Below, in pieces: positions 62,401 through 64,000 of a stretch of DNA of 64,000 nt. This DNA comes from Cyanobacteriota bacterium. GTDB lineage: Bacteria; Cyanobacteriota; Cyanobacteriia; Thermostichales; Thermostichaceae. The stretch lies in contig JANRIL010000011.1 in assembly GCA_033764955.1 (NCBI GenBank), positions 1 through 64,000 on the forward strand. Reading direction: 5' to 3'. Made by a program: the position numbers and the translations under genes. Below the pieces are notes generated by a model. It ran no database searches, was not told where the DNA came from, and saw only the letters and a list, made by a program, of their open reading frames with translations. How positions within the stretch are numbered: position 1 is the first letter of the stretch; every line of letters starts with the position of its first letter.

Positions 62401-62868
62401 CAAGGTTGCCGATTGGGGGATCCGTTGCCAACGGTCAGGCTTGCGTTTTTTATCTGAACTGCCAGACTCGGTGTCTTCAGGGGTATCTGGGCTGGGATCC
62501 GGTTCTAAGGGCAGGTAGTCTGCCCAGGTCAGTGTGGCAGTTATGGCTTGAGTGGTTGGCTTGGTTAGGAAACTCAATCCCATTGAGGAAGGAAACCAAG
62601 CTTTGCGGGCCGGAGCTTTATCGGAGAGTTGGCTATCTTCGCTGGTTTCACTATTGGCCAGGGATTCGAGTTCGTCATCGGCGGTGTCATCGGAGCGGAT
62701 GTCGGGGGGTGCGCCGTAGGGAACCAGAAACCCTGTGAGATACCACTTAGAAGGATCCTGGGGCAAGATTTCGTGGGTGTAGTCGGGATCCTGGGGGGTG
62801 GGGCCGATGAGATCCAGATGGAGAGCTTGGATGAGCTTAGAGCGGACTTGAGCAGGTGTCGTTGACAT
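59443..62868 (-). CDS. drmA: DISARM SF2 helicase DrmA
   Basis: FPTGGGKTEAY, QDELHL, STAT, ATNMISVGLD, YIQATSRVGR. Confidence 0.92.
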   Translation of the reverse strand: MSTTPAQVRSKLIQALHLDLIGPTPQDPDYTHEILPQDPSKWYLTGFLVPYGAPPDIRSDDTADDELESLANSETSEDSQLSDKAPARKAWFPSSMGLSFLTKPTTQAITATLTWADYLPLEPDPSPDTPEDTESGSSDKKRKPDRWQRIPQSATLEIPIRIQTGSPNHYDIPNGSGLQLVITCRPVNAQGFPVGTCSVSCFVVNYRPSHTKNKDADFCFQTQLSLHCSEGFQPRRDPRGENSNDWDEAVASLQYRHDFEYAVGHNVSATAEVTVRASLGDLSQGECTTIRTAWIPTGEVPRVKPADIPDLQLGMEALADATNAATIQQMLGSLVTEYRHWIQAQRQIHLDPCFTAAAQDLLDRANYACNRIEAGLNALTDPNIFTAFRLANKVIARARRQQLSQEQSLPPESFAPPQWRPFQIAYILLNLVGILDPTSPDRGAVDLLFFPTGGGKTEAYLGLAAFTLILRRLTHPGIQSAGLSVLMRYTLRLLTLDQLERASRLICALELERQSNQAILGSWPFEIGLWVGQSATPNRMGSSKDKDDNTARARTLAYKRDSKAKPSPIPLERCPWCGESFTPNSFQLHPSEDQPNNLKVHCVSRTCHFRSHNPLPILAVDEPIYRRIPCFMIATVDKFAGLPWVGQTAALFGRVTHFDPTQGFCSTADPTPTGQPLSSYLPPPDLIIQDELHLISGPLGTMVGLYETAIDALCTAELLSSQGERLRVRPKIIASTATVRRATHQIQALFGRQHVEIFPPPGPDRHDSFFAKTDFDSDGRLYVGIAAQGRSLKVVLLRAYLALMSAAQKEYEQAGGSRNQQNPADPYMTLLGYFNSLRELGGSRRIIEDEVSSQLRNYSNRLRYGESSGSFADRKIDDDLEELTSRVPTNKVANTKRRLAMPFYEKDRLDVALATNMISVGLDIVRLGLMVVLGQPKNASEYIQATSRVGRDPKRPGLVVTLLNVHRPRDRSHYEQFQSWHTSFYRSVEATSVTPFSPRALDRGLAGVTVALARLGIRAMTTPLGASQINSQRQAVEALLTTISERAEAHNPNLTQTDTEQIRQSVRSQVLDLLDSWERILGRDTRLQYQSETDLAAPLLVDALDTQADTDLERRKFKAHRSLRDVEATVNVWIRDPYGEQ

Positions 62869-62876
62869 GGAACCCC

Positions 62877-63449
62877 CTAAATCTCGTAGCAAATCTGGCG
62901 GAGCATAGAAACGGATATCGGCAGTCCCTGTCTCAGCAGAATTTCCAGATGTTCTTCCACAGTCACGGGTGGATTGCATAACCGCTTTCTTACTGTTTCT
63001 ACCACTTGAGCGATTTTGAATGGCTTCAAGTCTATGACAGAAGCAATAAACTCATCAGGGTGCTGTACCTCAATGTCGTAGGGAGCTAATGCCTGCTGTG
63101 GAAAGTCTTTGAGGTTGAAGGTGACAATCACATCCACTCCCCCTTGGATGGCAGCAGCAAGGACATGGCGATCCTCGGGATCCGGTAACTGTAGAGCAGG
63201 AATCAAGGATTCATAGCCTGTAATTAGACAGTCCCGAACATGACTATTCATTAAGTCCTTGGTGCGGGTGAGCTGCTCTAGTGTCAGGTCAGGGCGATCT
63301 TTGAGGACGTTCCGGATCCACTCCTCATGAATTTGATTTGTCCATTTGGCTCGGAAGAGATCAGTAAGGGCTAGCTGCATAAGAAGATCCCGCAGGGGAG
63401 CGGGATAAAGCACACAGGCATCATAGAGAGCTGTGTAGTTGGATGACAT
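62877..63449 (-). CDS. PIN-domain (VapC-like) toxin
   Basis: YDACVLY, DPEDRHVLAAA, IVTFNLKDF, HPDEF. Confidence 0.9.
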   Translation of the reverse strand: MSSNYTALYDACVLYPAPLRDLLMQLALTDLFRAKWTNQIHEEWIRNVLKDRPDLTLEQLTRTKDLMNSHVRDCLITGYESLIPALQLPDPEDRHVLAAAIQGGVDVIVTFNLKDFPQQALAPYDIEVQHPDEFIASVIDLKPFKIAQVVETVRKRLCNPPVTVEEHLEILLRQGLPISVSMLRQICYEI

Positions 63450-63450
63450 G

Positions 63451-63906
63451 CTAGTAGCCCATACCCAGTTCTTGGGCTTGGAGAACCAGATCATTGAGGG
63501 CTTGGGATCTGGCTGCGTCTGTTTTTTGCTTGTAAGCCATGAGGTCTTGGAAACAGATGCGGCGGTGTTTGCCGACCGTTCGATAGGGAATCTCGCCGGA
63601 CTCTAGGAGTTTGATCAGGAAGGGACGGGAGACGTTGAGGATATCGGCGGATTCTTGGGTGGTGAGTTCGGCATGAATGGGAATGAGGGTGACGGCGTTG
63701 CCCTGTGCCATCTGAGCCAGGATATCGACCAAAAGGTGAAGGGCACTGGCAGGAATCTCGACGGTTTCTTCACTGCCATCCTCTTCAACGACTTTGAGTT
63801 GACGGGTAGCTCCACCCAGATGAGCCGACAGGATCCGGCTGCTGACTTGAGAGAGCTTAATTTCAGACTCCGTTGGTAGTTGGAGCCTTGGGCTGGAGAT
63901 TGCCAT
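63451..63906 (-). CDS. Excisionase-like HTH_17 antitoxin/regulator
   Basis: ELTTQESADILNVSRPFLIKLL...VGKHRR; adjacent to the PIN gene. Confidence 0.9.
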   Translation of the reverse strand: MAISSPRLQLPTESEIKLSQVSSRILSAHLGGATRQLKVVEEDGSEETVEIPASALHLLVDILAQMAQGNAVTLIPIHAELTTQESADILNVSRPFLIKLLESGEIPYRTVGKHRRICFQDLMAYKQKTDAARSQALNDLVLQAQELGMGY

Positions 63907-63957
63907 AGGAATCTCGGTATTGTGTGTGGGTTGTGTAATGGAATCACTTTAATCCCG

Positions 63958-63993
63958 TAAACGCAATAAACGCAACAGGCAAAACAAACCAAT
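63958..63993. promoter_or_regulatory. 9-bp direct repeats upstream of the HTH_17 gene (candidate operator)
   Basis: TAAACGCAA TAAACGCAA CAGGCAAAA CAAACCAAT. Confidence 0.45.
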
Positions 63994-64000
63994 AATCTGC

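Larger units (their letters stand above)
56278..64000. mobile_element. Genomic island integrated in tRNA-Phe, carrying DISARM and a TA pair; continues beyond the window
   Basis: Orientation of the tRNA 3' fragment places the island and the intact tRNA at higher coordinates; defence cargo. Confidence 0.7.

Overview
Cyanobacterial chromosome segment. rpaB, CRR6, CCB-type, clpS and F1-beta genes are present. The palindrome GGGATCCC is highly iterated instead of canonical HIP1 GCGATCGC, which points to the Thermostichus / Yellowstone Synechococcus OS-A/B' lineage or a relative (inference). Bases 1-141 are the 3' end of an IS200/IS605 tnpB with its right end. From about 0.2 to 53.6 kb are mostly housekeeping genes with little operon structure. 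Notable among them are a DUF4388-roadblock-V4R-small GTPase signalling operon, a scattered purine-catabolism / xanthine dehydrogenase gene set, tandem desaturases, a degenerate BioD-like gene, and an orphan ETF pair with bifurcating-type (FixAB-like) motifs. From 53.6 kb to the end is a layered defence/mobility hotspot. It holds an integron-type attC site after an AT-rich ORF, a decayed phosphorothioation-associated methyltransferase with an M15-like gene, and a 46-nt tRNA-Phe 3' fragment marking an island boundary. Beyond that boundary is a DISARM core (drmA-drmB-drmC) with an HTH_17/PIN toxin-antitoxin pair directly in front of drmA; the island runs off the right edge. All calls come from motif recognition by eye; no database searches were run.
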